A DNA stretch of 64,000 bases from Candidatus Vogelbacteria bacterium. GTDB lineage: Bacteria > Patescibacteriota > Minisyncoccia > Phycocordibacterales > JACOZG01. Made by a program: the position numbers and the translations under genes. This document shows positions 26,281 to 35,880 of this stretch, one piece after another. Each line of letters opens with the position of its first letter. The first letter of the stretch is position 1. Under the pieces are notes generated by a model that searched no databases, was not told where the DNA came from, and was given only the letters and a program-made list of their open reading frames with translations. Location of the stretch: positions 25,130 through 89,129 of the forward strand of contig JAZDGA010000001.1 in the NCBI GenBank assembly GCA_043807405.1, read 5' to 3'.

Positions 26281-27276
26281 TTAATCTTTGAGAGTCACAC
26301 CATTTCGGTTAAGCACTTCTTTAATTTCTTTGATCCCCTTCTCGCCCAAACCGTCAATGGCCGAGAGATCGGACTCATGTTTTCGCGACAAACCGCCGGC
26401 GGTTCGAATACTAGCGCCCGCTAACGCCTTCGCCACGCGCGACGAGAAATCAAGATCCTCCACTCGCGTTTTGAGAAAATCGTTATCCAGCGCCTCGGCC
26501 GACTCGTCGGTCTCGGCGCTTTTAGCCGTCTTGGCAGTTTTTTTAGTTGGTATTTCAACCTCCGCCATTGGCGATTCCAGCTCCTTGAAACCAATGATTG
26601 CCTTGAGTTGATTAATCATAATTTCAATCGATTTTTCCAACGCCGAATGTGGGCTAACACTTCCATCCGTTTCAATTGTCAAACGAAGGCGGTTATAATC
26701 GGTCCGATCACCGACTCGCATATTCTCCACTTCATAACTCACCCGCCGAATCGGCGTAAATGAAGCGTCAAGAATTATCGTCCCGATTGATGGCGGACGA
26801 GTGTTTTGAAGCGCTTCTTTCGGCACATAACCAATCCCCCGTTCGAGGGTTAACTCCACTTTGAATTCCGCTCCCTTCTCGGTTAAGGTGGCGATCACTT
26901 GATCCGGATTGACCACTTCTACTTGCCCGCCGGTCTCGATATCGCCCGCCGTCACGGTGCGCGCTCCCTTAATCGAAATCGTCGCTACTTGTGGTCCATC
27001 GCTTATTAATTTAAAATGAATTTTTTTCAAATTGAGAATAATCATGATGATATCCTCCTTCACCCCCTTCAAGGTTGTAAACTCATGCGGTGCGCCTTCA
27101 ATCTTGAGCATCGTAATCGCCGTGCCAATCATTGAGGAGAGAATAATTCGGCGCAAGGAATTGCCCAGCGTCTGACCATAACCGGGATAGAGTCCCTCAA
27201 TTTCGTAAATCCCTTTATTTCCTTCCTCGCTGATAATGCGGGGCTTCGAAGGCATAATAATATTTGGATCAATCAT
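26281..27276 (-). CDS. rpoA: DNA-directed RNA polymerase subunit alpha
   Basis: GYGQTLGNSLRRILLSS-like N-terminal domain and a C-terminal HhH domain (DLDFSSRVAKALAGASIRTAGGL). Confidence 0.9.
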   Translation of the reverse strand: MIDPNIIMPSKPRIISEEGNKGIYEIEGLYPGYGQTLGNSLRRIILSSMIGTAITMLKIEGAPHEFTTLKGVKEDIIMIILNLKKIHFKLISDGPQVATISIKGARTVTAGDIETGGQVEVVNPDQVIATLTEKGAEFKVELTLERGIGYVPKEALQNTRPPSIGTIILDASFTPIRRVSYEVENMRVGDRTDYNRLRLTIETDGSVSPHSALEKSIEIMINQLKAIIGFKELESPMAEVEIPTKKTAKTAKSAETDESAEALDNDFLKTRVEDLDFSSRVAKALAGASIRTAGGLSRKHESDLSAIDGLGEKGIKEIKEVLNRNGVTLKD

Positions 27277-27291
27277 AAAATTATTTATTAT

Positions 27292-27912
27292 TTAGACTCG
27301 ACTATAAAAATCAATAATGGCGCTAAGGTTGAGATTCGACTCTGTCTCCTCCAGCGCTGGCTTGGCAATAATTTTGGCCTCTCGATCCGCCGTGTAAAGA
27401 AGCCACGCCGGCGGTTCGTATTCTTTAAGACGCGCCGCCACCGCGCGAAAGACGCCGTTGTCACGACTTTGAATTCGAATACTGATAATGTCTCCGACGG
27501 AGACCACATATGACGGAATTGTCACTCGGCGACCATTCACCAAAATGTGACCGTGGCTAACCACTTGTCGGGCAAAAGCGCGCGACGGCACAAAACCCAA
27601 ACGATAAACTACATTATCTAAACGGGATTCGACCATTTGACCGAGATTGACCAGCGGATTGCCGGTCTTAATCATCTGACTGCGCTTCACATAACTTCGG
27701 AATTGCCGTTCATTAACGCCGTAGGTATAACGGGCTTTTTGTTTCTCGCGAAGCTGACTACCATAATCTGACGCCGACCGCGAACGATGCCCAGTCGTCT
27801 TGCCTGCTTTAGCCGCGCCAGTGCCAGAAATCGCGAATTTAGTCGTCTGACATTTAGGAAAAATCCGTTCTCCCAATCGGCGGCAAATTTTAAATTTTGG
27901 TCCAGTTTTCAT
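27292..27912 (-). CDS. rpsD: 30S ribosomal protein S4
   Basis: KFKICRRLGERIF, LESRLDNVVYRLGF and SHGHILVNGRRV (S4 domain). Confidence 0.9.
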   Translation of the reverse strand: MKTGPKFKICRRLGERIFPKCQTTKFAISGTGAAKAGKTTGHRSRSASDYGSQLREKQKARYTYGVNERQFRSYVKRSQMIKTGNPLVNLGQMVESRLDNVVYRLGFVPSRAFARQVVSHGHILVNGRRVTIPSYVVSVGDIISIRIQSRDNGVFRAVAARLKEYEPPAWLLYTADREAKIIAKPALEETESNLNLSAIIDFYSRV

Positions 27913-27925
27913 ATTAAATATTTAA

Positions 27926-28354
27926 TTAGACCCGTCGAGGTTTTTTGGGTTTCGGCCCATTGAAAGGCACCGGAGTCGCGTCCTTAATCGCCGTTAAGGC
28001 AATCCCTTTCCCGGCAAAAGCGCGCATTGAGGATTCTCGACCGGAACCGACACCCTTGATGACCACTTCCACTTCTTTAATTCCCATTCCGCTAGCTTTG
28101 TCGGCCATCAACTCTCCCACCTTGCCAGCCGCGAAAGTAGTCCCCTTCTTGGCGCCCCGGAAACCGAGAGCGCCGCTCGATGACCAAGCCAAAGTTTGTC
28201 CACTGCCGTCAGTTAAAGTTAATTTGGTATTGTTGTAAGTTGATTGAATATACAAAATGCCGTGAGTAAACTTCTTTTTCGAACCAGAAGGAGACACCGC
28301 CTTGGGGGCGTCGGTCGTAGTTCCAGCTTGAGCGACAATGCGTTTCTTGCCCAT
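27926..28354 (-). CDS. rpsK: 30S ribosomal protein S11
   Basis: GILYIQSTYNNTKLTLTD, GFRGAKKGTTFAA and KGVGSGRESSMRA. Start trimmed to MGKKRI (28352-28354); the longer track ORF overlaps rpsM. Confidence 0.9.
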   Translation of the reverse strand: MGKKRIVAQAGTTTDAPKAVSPSGSKKKFTHGILYIQSTYNNTKLTLTDGSGQTLAWSSSGALGFRGAKKGTTFAAGKVGELMADKASGMGIKEVEVVIKGVGSGRESSMRAFAGKGIALTAIKDATPVPFNGPKPKKPRRV

Positions 28355-28361
28355 AAAATGA

Positions 28362-28742
28362 TTATTTCTTCTCGACCTTCTTCCGACCAGAGCCCATCGT
28401 CTTTCGAACATTACCTCGGCGAGTGCGGGAATTGGTTCGCGTCCGCTGACCGCGCGACGGTAGACGACGAGCGTGGCGCGAACCACGATAAGATTTGATG
28501 TCAATCAACCGTTTGACATTAGCGCCCACTTCGCGTTTGAGCGCGCCTTCAAGCTTGCAAGTTTCCAACGCGCGGCGAATCCGATTTTCCTCTTCCGCCG
28601 TGACCGCCGGTGGCTTGATCTCTCTCGCGACTTTCGCCTCGGCTAAAATTGTTTGCGCCCGACTCCGACCCACCCCGTAAATATAGGTTAGGGCAACATC
28701 GAGTCGTTTCGTGTCCGGAATAGTGATACCAGCAATACGCAT
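28362..28742 (-). CDS. rpsM: 30S ribosomal protein S13
   Basis: MRIAGITIPDTKRLDVALTYIYGVGRSRA and YRGSRHARRLPSRGQRTRTN. Confidence 0.9.
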   Translation of the reverse strand: MRIAGITIPDTKRLDVALTYIYGVGRSRAQTILAEAKVAREIKPPAVTAEEENRIRRALETCKLEGALKREVGANVKRLIDIKSYRGSRHARRLPSRGQRTRTNSRTRRGNVRKTMGSGRKKVEKK

Positions 28743-28751
28743 AATAATAAT

Positions 28752-28868
28752 TCAGGCCTGCTTTTGTTTGTGCTTAGGCTTGTTAGGACAAATAATATAC
28801 AGGTGACCACGCCGACGAACCATCCGACATTGGACACACCGTTTCTTAATTGTTGAGCGAACCTGCAC
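28752..28868 (-). CDS. rpmJ: 50S ribosomal protein L36 (38 aa, GTG start)
   Basis: Own translation (below the track cutoff): (M)QVRSTIKKRCVQCRMVRRRGHLYIICPNKPKHKQKQA. Lies between infA and rpsM as expected. Confidence 0.85.
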   Translation of the reverse strand: MQVRSTIKKRCVQCRMVRRRGHLYIICPNKPKHKQKQA

Positions 28869-28887
28869 TGGACAAAAAGTTAAAAAT

Positions 28888-29100
28888 TTATAAACGTTTC
28901 GTAATTCTACCTTTGCCTCCATAGGGATCTAGGAGGACTTCGACCCGATCACCGACCAAAACCTTGATACGATGATAACGCATCTTACCAGCTAAATAAG
29001 CGAGAATTTCCTCGCCCGAATCAAGAGCGACCCGAAAAAGAATGTTGGGCAAGGCTTCCAGCACGACGCCGGGTATCGGTTCGCTTAACTTAATTGCCAT
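28888..29100 (-). CDS. infA: translation initiation factor IF-1
   Basis: S1-like fold: [45 protein letters not shown]. Confidence 0.9.
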   Translation of the reverse strand: MAIKLSEPIPGVVLEALPNILFRVALDSGEEILAYLAGKMRYHRIKVLVGDRVEVLLDPYGGKGRITKRL

Positions 29101-30448
29101 TGGGTATATCGCTCTGATTGGTCGTGGTAGACATCTTAGCAGGGGGTCTTTCTGCCGTCAAGCCTGCCTTGTCGGCAGACAGGCTTATCCGTTCGGGATT
29201 AGTTGGAAACCGCGTGAGCCACGGTGGTTTGAAAGTGACGGTTGAACTGATAATATTCGGATATTTTACAAACACCGCTTGATAATCACGCGTACTCCGA
29301 TCAAGCAGATCGTTAACTAACGCTGTTTGATCAAACGACCAAACCAAATCGCCTTCGCCCGCTAAAGTAAAACTGAATTCGGTTAATTGCTGCGGATCGG
29401 ACGAGGGTCCAAGGGCATGAAAATCTAACTGCTCAAGATTTTCAAACAAAACTGGCGCGCCGTCATAAGACGGAAGAAGCCGGCGGGCTAAAATTTGGCT
29501 CAACTCGGCGCGTGAAAAAATCGGCACCACTAACTCCGCCCGACGGGAAAGCGCGATTTGTTGTCCGGTCGAAACATTCGTCGTACTCGCCTCTTCAAGT
29601 CGCCAAAAAATGTTACTTGGATACCAAATATAATCATCAAGACTCTGGCCGGTCGCTTCAGCGAGCAGTCGCTCCTTCAATCGCCGAAGGAGTTCTGCCT
29701 CCGCCGTTGAGCGGACAGTGTCACTAACCACCCGCCGTTCGCCAATAAAACCACCAGTGAAAGCCCCTTCCGCCTGCGCGGTAATCGTTTTGAAACGAGA
29801 ATCATTCTTGAAACCGGGAATAGTGAAAGTTGTCTTCGCCCCGTTATAACTGGGCCCGGGCTGATCAGCCACAACTTTCACCGTGAGCTCCCCGGACTTA
29901 ATTACTCCCCCGACTAAAGTATAACCCGGGATAAGAACCGGGGCTTGAATTCGATAAATTTTTCCGTCTGAAGATTCGAAGCGGGTGTTGGTCACTAATT
30001 TCTCCACTTTCTGGCTGTGGCGGTTTGTGATAATAATTTTTCCGCTGGCTCGTTCTGCAACCGCCACCGCTTCGCCGGCCGGAACAGTAATTGATTCACT
30101 GCCTTGAATCACCATTGTCTGAAAACCGAGAACCGTTGATGGGGCGGCCTCGTTAGGCAAATTAACTGTTCGGTAAGTACCCGAAACCGCGAGGGGCAGA
30201 CGACGCACAGTGATCGTCACTACCGCTCGACCGAAGGCAATTGAAAGAAAATAAGTCCCAGCGATTACCGCCGCCAAAATAATCGGAAGGATAATCGGCC
30301 ACCGGCGACGGCGGGTTCGGCTGGGGCGATCGTACTGCGTCGGCAAAATAACCGGAGCGTCAGATTTAGAAGTAGCCGACGAAGCGGGCAAAACATCCTG
30401 CAGACTGCGTTTCGGACGTTTAATATCTTCGATTAAATCTTTAGCCAT
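29090..30448 (-). CDS. hypothetical single-pass membrane protein (452 aa) with a large extracytoplasmic domain
   Basis: TM helix at about aa 50-72 ([23 protein letters not shown]). Overlaps both the upstream gene (8 nt) and infA (11 nt). Confidence 0.55.
   Translation of the reverse strand: MAKDLIEDIKRPKRSLQDVLPASSATSKSDAPVILPTQYDRPSRTRRRRWPIILPIILAAVIAGTYFLSIAFGRAVVTITVRRLPLAVSGTYRTVNLPNEAAPSTVLGFQTMVIQGSESITVPAGEAVAVAERASGKIIITNRHSQKVEKLVTNTRFESSDGKIYRIQAPVLIPGYTLVGGVIKSGELTVKVVADQPGPSYNGAKTTFTIPGFKNDSRFKTITAQAEGAFTGGFIGERRVVSDTVRSTAEAELLRRLKERLLAEATGQSLDDYIWYPSNIFWRLEEASTTNVSTGQQIALSRRAELVVPIFSRAELSQILARRLLPSYDGAPVLFENLEQLDFHALGPSSDPQQLTEFSFTLAGEGDLVWSFDQTALVNDLLDRSTRDYQAVFVKYPNIISSTVTFKPPWLTRFPTNPERISLSADKAGLTAERPPAKMSTTTNQSDIPNGN
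29151..29186. repeat. GC-rich interleaved palindrome inside the 3' end of the 452-aa ORF
   Basis: TCTGCCG...CGGCAGA interleaved with AAGCCTG...CAGGCTT. Translated as [11 protein letters not shown]. Confidence 0.45.
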
Positions 30449-31628
30449 GGTGATTAACTTTTAATAGTTTATCATAAAACACTGATCCCACCAATAAATG
30501 CTCGCTCTGATTGACCGCCGTCCCAATCTGATAACCGCATTGACCAGCCAGACTGATCGCCGTAAGAACCGTGGTGCTGAAAGATTGATTCCCGCCGAGA
30601 ATTTCATTGTACTGACCCTGCTTCAGCCAATCAAGGAAAAGGGCGGTAACGAGCGGATCGCCGATCGCCATAATTTCCCGCGGAACAAGATGCTGTTCCG
30701 ATAAGGCTTCGAGTGTTTGATAAAAATAAGCGGTCCAAACTTTTTGAAAATTAGCCAGACCGGAAATCATTTGCTTGTTCATTGATTGACTCTGGCCGCC
30801 TCGGCGATAAAGGCGAAGGGCCGAAAGCGCTTCCTCCGGTACGGTGTTAAGAGTCTTGGCGAGCTCCCGAATCAGACCATTGTGGCCGGCGGGAAAAGAA
30901 ATGCTTTCCCAAAGAATATCTTCCGCCAGAAGTAAAACCTCGGTTACTTCCGCGCCAATGTCAATGAGGAAACGGTAGCGTCGATCGCCGAAGTGATCTC
31001 GACAAATCGAAAAAAGGGCAAAAGGAAAGGAGTGAAACTCAATCGGCGCGTGGTGAACGAAACCTTGAACCACTTCGCGAAAACGGGCAATAATCCGCTC
31101 CGATCCGATACTCACATAATGGTACAGCTCGACTTCATTGGCGGTCTGGCCCTCGGGCAAGTGAGTCACATAACGATTTAATTTAATCTGCATCGTCTTG
31201 CTCTCAATCACTCGATGAGCATCACTCAAAACTTCGTTATAAAGTTGCGGGTGTTGTTGAATAAATTGTTTAAGATCCGTGGCGATTAAATTATTAAGTA
31301 AAGTCGCCGTCACGCGAAAAGGTTTCTCTGCCGTGTGACGTACCACTCGAGTTTGCGAAGCGTAGAAAGGCGCGGATAGAAAACAAATAACCCGCGCCGG
31401 TCGGCTGTCTGGTTCGCGAACAATTGCGTCGAGCACCGTCTTGAGCGCTATGACCACTTGATTGAGAAAACGCTCCAGATTGAGCTCGGCTTGGAAAGGC
31501 AAAGGTACGCGCGTCACCGCGCGCGTCGGCGAACAGAATATCTCGCGGACCTTGTCATAAGTCGGATCGAGCAATAGTCCGCTGACGCTGTCATTCGAGA
31601 GATCAATGATCATCACCGGTTTCGCCAT
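30441..31628 (-). CDS. actin-like ATPase-fold protein (PilM/FtsA-like), hypothetical
   Basis: Phosphate-1-like MIIDLSNDSVSG and phosphate-2-like FLIDIGAEVTEVLL...FPAGHNGL. Assignment rests on motif resemblance only. Confidence 0.45.
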   Translation of the reverse strand: MAKPVMIIDLSNDSVSGLLLDPTYDKVREIFCSPTRAVTRVPLPFQAELNLERFLNQVVIALKTVLDAIVREPDSRPARVICFLSAPFYASQTRVVRHTAEKPFRVTATLLNNLIATDLKQFIQQHPQLYNEVLSDAHRVIESKTMQIKLNRYVTHLPEGQTANEVELYHYVSIGSERIIARFREVVQGFVHHAPIEFHSFPFALFSICRDHFGDRRYRFLIDIGAEVTEVLLLAEDILWESISFPAGHNGLIRELAKTLNTVPEEALSALRLYRRGGQSQSMNKQMISGLANFQKVWTAYFYQTLEALSEQHLVPREIMAIGDPLVTALFLDWLKQGQYNEILGGNQSFSTTVLTAISLAGQCGYQIGTAVNQSEHLLVGSVFYDKLLKVNHHG

Positions 31629-31727
31629 TGCTTAATTGTACCACAAGCGCCAAGATCTCGGCTCGCAAAATCAGTGGACAGAAAAAAAGCGACCCCCCAT
31701 CGAGAGGATCGCTTATGCTTATGGATG

Positions 31728-32885
31728 TTAGACCGTCACTTCTCGCTTGATTATCGCCACCAATTGCCGGCGAACCTCTTTTAGCAGACGACGAGATAGA
31801 TTCGAGCTATCCGCGACTTTTTTCCAGTCGTCGAAAGTGTGAGCTAAACGCGGAATCCGGCTTTCCAGTTTCCGAATCAGCTTCACCCGTTCGTTTTTGG
31901 CTATTCTTATTCTTTCATAAGCCAAGAGGGTGCGTAACAACAAGTGATGATCCAGCGAATGAGCGACTTGCAACATTTTTTTGAATAACGGCCCGGCGTC
32001 TTCATTTTCCCAAACATGGGGAAGTGTCCAATGAGACCCACAACCTGCTGGAATACCAGCCGAGACAAAACCGTCTAGTTCTTCGAAACTGTGACAGAAC
32101 TTAACGATTTTCCGACAGACTTGAGACCGCAGGAGAGGTCCTAGGACTGGATACATCGACCCCCTTCCACCACAATTATTACGTTCTGAAAGTGCCGTCA
32201 CCAGAAGTCGCATCAGTCCTTCTTTGGTCTGGACATTGCGAACCAATTTCGAAGCAAGAACATTGAGCCGATGCTCGATCTCCTGCTGTAACCGAGGTTG
32301 AGATGAAATTATCCAATGCAATTCCTCCCATTTTCGAACTCCATTCCAATCATTTGGCTCGAGAGAACAACACTGTTTCTTTGTTAACTCAAACAGTTTA
32401 GCCGAAGCTACCCCCGCGAGAATTTTATCCTGTTTGTCCCTTGCGATTCGGAGAAGTTTGCTCCAATCATCGTACTGCTCGGCATATTGACGCATTTGCT
32501 CAAAACATTTTCTGGCCTCGATTTCTAGTCGATGACGAAGACAGAAACTATACATACTTTCCCAAACTGCGAACCGGTTTGTCTTCGATTCCTCGGCAGC
32601 AACAAACATTTTTCCAAGAAGTATTCCTCTCCCAAGCTTATCCTTCTTCGACAAACTAGTATAGACTTCTTGCCACTGCCAAATTACCAAAGCCGTAGCT
32701 TCAATAACTTGAAAAATTTTTTTTCGAAGGGGGGACGGCCCAGAACGTGCAACATTTTGGTAGATCTCCATCGCTTCACGGTAAGTAAGCTTCTGCCAAA
32801 AATCTTTCGGCAACCGCTTAGCTTGCCAAAATAAAACCACGGCCCACCTAAACCCAATTTTTGTCACCACATTGTCAAAGGTCAC
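31728..32885 (-). CDS. hypothetical all-helical protein (385 aa)
   Basis: ORF track entry. No recognisable motif. Confidence 0.45.
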   Translation of the reverse strand: MTFDNVVTKIGFRWAVVLFWQAKRLPKDFWQKLTYREAMEIYQNVARSGPSPLRKKIFQVIEATALVIWQWQEVYTSLSKKDKLGRGILLGKMFVAAEESKTNRFAVWESMYSFCLRHRLEIEARKCFEQMRQYAEQYDDWSKLLRIARDKQDKILAGVASAKLFELTKKQCCSLEPNDWNGVRKWEELHWIISSQPRLQQEIEHRLNVLASKLVRNVQTKEGLMRLLVTALSERNNCGGRGSMYPVLGPLLRSQVCRKIVKFCHSFEELDGFVSAGIPAGCGSHWTLPHVWENEDAGPLFKKMLQVAHSLDHHLLLRTLLAYERIRIAKNERVKLIRKLESRIPRLAHTFDDWKKVADSSNLSRRLLKEVRRQLVAIIKREVTV

Positions 32886-33078
32886 TGGTCATCTCCTTTT
32901 GTTACCATTTCGTTCAAACCAAAGAGCTACTCCATTTCGCCCTTGGTTTTCCAATCCAAAATAGAGTAAAGCATAGATAGGTGCGGGTGTCAATCAAAAT
33001 CAAAATTAAAAAATGCCATTGTACCAACTCCTCACGATCGTGAGAGGATGGAATAATCGATTTTTAAATTACGAAAAA

Positions 33079-34749
33079 TCAATTCTCCAACACCGCCTTG
33101 ATACGCCGAATGCCTTGGGCGACGGGTTCATCTTTAAGAATTTTGAATCGGCCGAGTTCGCCGGTGTGAGCGACATGCGGACCACCGCAAAACTCCAAGC
33201 TGAAAGCTTGCCCCGAGCTTGTCGAGGGGTTACCAATAAAATAAACTGATACAGATTCGCCATATTTCTGCCCGAATTCCATCTCGGCGCCGAGTTTTTC
33301 GGCTTCGGCTTTGCTCATCTCTTTTTTTGTCACTGGCAAATCTTCGGCAATTTTCTGGTTTACTAAATTTTCTACTCTCTTTTTCTCTTCATCCGTCAGT
33401 TTGCGGTCGAAAGAGAAATCTAGTCGGAGCCGTTCTTGATTGATATTCGAACCGCGTTGTTTAACTTGTTTGCCGAGAATCTGCTGAAGCGATGCTAAAA
33501 GTAGATGATGCGCAGTATGCAATTTAATCGTTTTCGGTTCGTGATCAGCGAGTCCGCCGGTGAATTTGCCGGTGATTCCGGCCCGCGAAACTTCTTGATG
33601 CCGCTCAAACTCTTTTTCAAATTCCGCGCGCGACAAATTGGGATAACGGTCTTTAATTACCTCAAACGGCAAACCATAACTCTCATATAGTTTGAAAGCT
33701 GTCGTGGTCTCTACCACCGATAATTTCTCTAATTCTCGCAAACCGTTCCGTAATGCCTCGCTATATTTAGTTTTTTCTTCATTAAAGACTTCAATAATTT
33801 CTGGCGCGCCTAGTTCCGGATAAAAAGTTTGATCATCATAAGCAATCACTCGACGGATTAAGCGACGTAGAACATAACCGGCGCCTTTGTTTGACGGCCT
33901 GACCCCATCGACGATGAGGAACGAGATGGCTCGCGTATGATCGGCGATGATTCGCTGGGCTCGTTCATCAACGATCGTGGTTGAAATACGGGAGATGAGT
34001 GAAGCAAACAAATCAGTGTCAAAAATATTCGCTTTCTTTTGCGCTATCATCACCAACCGCTCAAACCCCACACCGGTATCTATACCCTTAATATCCAACT
34101 CTTTCAATTTAATAGTTTCAGGCGCGTTGAGGAGTTGTTCGCGAGTACCAAAACAAAAATACTCATTGAAAACTATATTCCAAATCTCAACATCTTTACC
34201 TTGCGAATTTTTACAATAAATTTCAGTCGTCGGACCACAAGGTCCAGAGCTACCAGTGGGACCCCAAAAAACATCTGCCATCCCCTCTTCTCTTACATCT
34301 TTAATTCCGAGCACTTCCCAAATTTTTCGAGATTCTTCATCTTTAGGAACCACACTGGAAATCTCCAGACCGCCGAAAACCGTCACATAGGAGATAGTCA
34401 GTTCTAATTCTTGAGTAATAAACTCGTATGCTAGTTTAATCGCCTCTTCCTTGCCGTAACCGCCAAAAGAAAAATTGCCGAGCATTTCGAAAAAAGTCAG
34501 GTGTGAATCGTCTCCAACTTCGTCAATATCGGAAGTGCGAAAAGATTTTTGGATTGAGACGACATTTTTGGAACCAAAATCTCTAATTGGGTCAGCCACG
34601 CCGGTATAATACAGCTTAAACTGTTGCATTCCCGCCGTCGTCAGAAGCACCGACGGATCAGTCGGAATCAGCGACGACGACGGCACAATCTTGTGTCCGC
34701 GCTTAACAAAAAAATCCAAAAACCTCTGCCGAATTTCCTTTGATTCCAT
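33079..34749 (-). CDS. alaS: alanyl-tRNA synthetase, compact form (556 aa) lacking the C-Ala domain
   Basis: N-terminal RQRFLDFFVKRGHKIVPSSSLIP...LLTTAGMQQF and FEMLGNFSFG. Editing-site HTAHHLL and CGGPHV motifs lie close to the C-terminus. Confidence 0.85.
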   Translation of the reverse strand: MESKEIRQRFLDFFVKRGHKIVPSSSLIPTDPSVLLTTAGMQQFKLYYTGVADPIRDFGSKNVVSIQKSFRTSDIDEVGDDSHLTFFEMLGNFSFGGYGKEEAIKLAYEFITQELELTISYVTVFGGLEISSVVPKDEESRKIWEVLGIKDVREEGMADVFWGPTGSSGPCGPTTEIYCKNSQGKDVEIWNIVFNEYFCFGTREQLLNAPETIKLKELDIKGIDTGVGFERLVMIAQKKANIFDTDLFASLISRISTTIVDERAQRIIADHTRAISFLIVDGVRPSNKGAGYVLRRLIRRVIAYDDQTFYPELGAPEIIEVFNEEKTKYSEALRNGLRELEKLSVVETTTAFKLYESYGLPFEVIKDRYPNLSRAEFEKEFERHQEVSRAGITGKFTGGLADHEPKTIKLHTAHHLLLASLQQILGKQVKQRGSNINQERLRLDFSFDRKLTDEEKKRVENLVNQKIAEDLPVTKKEMSKAEAEKLGAEMEFGQKYGESVSVYFIGNPSTSSGQAFSLEFCGGPHVAHTGELGRFKILKDEPVAQGIRRIKAVLEN

Positions 34750-34849
34750 TTCATCTAGCGTATCACAATTTTCGAGTTAAAAAAACCCCGGCGGTTAGCG
34801 ATGCTAACCAACCGGGGAGTGAATCAAGATCAGTGTGCCATTGCGTCAT

Positions 34850-35728
34850 TTAAGCAGGGGTTATTTCTTTCTTCAACCAACGCGTAGCAAGATGTTCGGC
34901 CCAGCGTTTGCCCCAGCGACACTCCAGACGACCAAGAATTCCGCCCACCGCGCTACCAATCACCGCACCGAAGAAAGCGTTGCCATGTTGGTAGCAGGTG
35001 ATCAAGCCAATCGCCGTCCCTAATCCAGTTGCCGTGAAGCAAATCCGTCGCTCTTCGCTGTGAATGAGAACGAACGAGATAACCACGAGCCGACAGACAT
35101 CACTTACAAACGCCACGGCTGTCCCCGGAATTTTCGCCACCACCCAGATCAACCCTTTGGCGAGAAAGTAAATGATCACAAAGGGCAAAGAAATTAAATT
35201 GCAATAGAGAGCAAAACCCCGACCAAATTCCATGACGGCTGGAGAAACTGGTTTTTCTGGGGGACCTATCTCTTTCGACATGCCGAACGCAACAATCAAC
35301 GAGAGTCCGGCACTTATCGATGTTAACACCAACGCGAGAACCACAAGATTCGCTGGATTCAATGGGTCACTTTTTTCTTGTGCGGAAGTTGACATAAGAA
35401 AAATCAAAAACAAAGTAAACCAAAAAATCCCCCCAACAAAAGACATACTCCAATAGAACCAGAGCTTGAAAAACCGGACTACTCTTGCCCGATCCGGTTT
35501 CCAACCTGCCACCTCCTGCCATGCTTTCTTCACTCCCGCGAGGACGCCGGCGAAGTCGCACATCACCCAAGCCAAACTCCCCGCGAGGAGAGCAAACACC
35601 GGCACAATCCACCAACCGAGGCTGAATTGCATTTTGGCACCCCAACCCAGAAGTACCCCAATCGCGACACACATCACGATGGTATAGTCCATTTTCCGAG
35701 CTGTTTGTCTCTCATTCTTCTCGTCCAT
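34850..35728 (-). CDS. hypothetical multi-pass membrane protein (292 aa)
   Basis: ORF track entry with at least 7 hydrophobic segments. Confidence 0.5.
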   Translation of the reverse strand: MDEKNERQTARKMDYTIVMCVAIGVLLGWGAKMQFSLGWWIVPVFALLAGSLAWVMCDFAGVLAGVKKAWQEVAGWKPDRARVVRFFKLWFYWSMSFVGGIFWFTLFLIFLMSTSAQEKSDPLNPANLVVLALVLTSISAGLSLIVAFGMSKEIGPPEKPVSPAVMEFGRGFALYCNLISLPFVIIYFLAKGLIWVVAKIPGTAVAFVSDVCRLVVISFVLIHSEERRICFTATGLGTAIGLITCYQHGNAFFGAVIGSAVGGILGRLECRWGKRWAEHLATRWLKKEITPA

Positions 35729-35851
35729 TGTTTTCCTGCCTTTCTGTTAAGGGTTACCTGATTATTAGCCAAGAAACACACTGTTTCTCGATTTTCGAAG
35801 ACCAACTACTTACATAATACACGAAGCTGTAAAAAAGTCAACCCCGAGCAG

Positions 35852-35880
35852 TCATGTCAAGGCACCGCCTTGACATTAGG
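35852..35880. repeat. palindromic repeat type B (TCATGTCAAGGC-N3-GCCTTGACATTAGG) overlapping the mnmA stop codon
   Basis: tcatgtcaaggcaccgccttgacattagg. Near-identical copy at 60600-60628 and a half-degenerate copy at 41851-41871. Confidence 0.8.
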
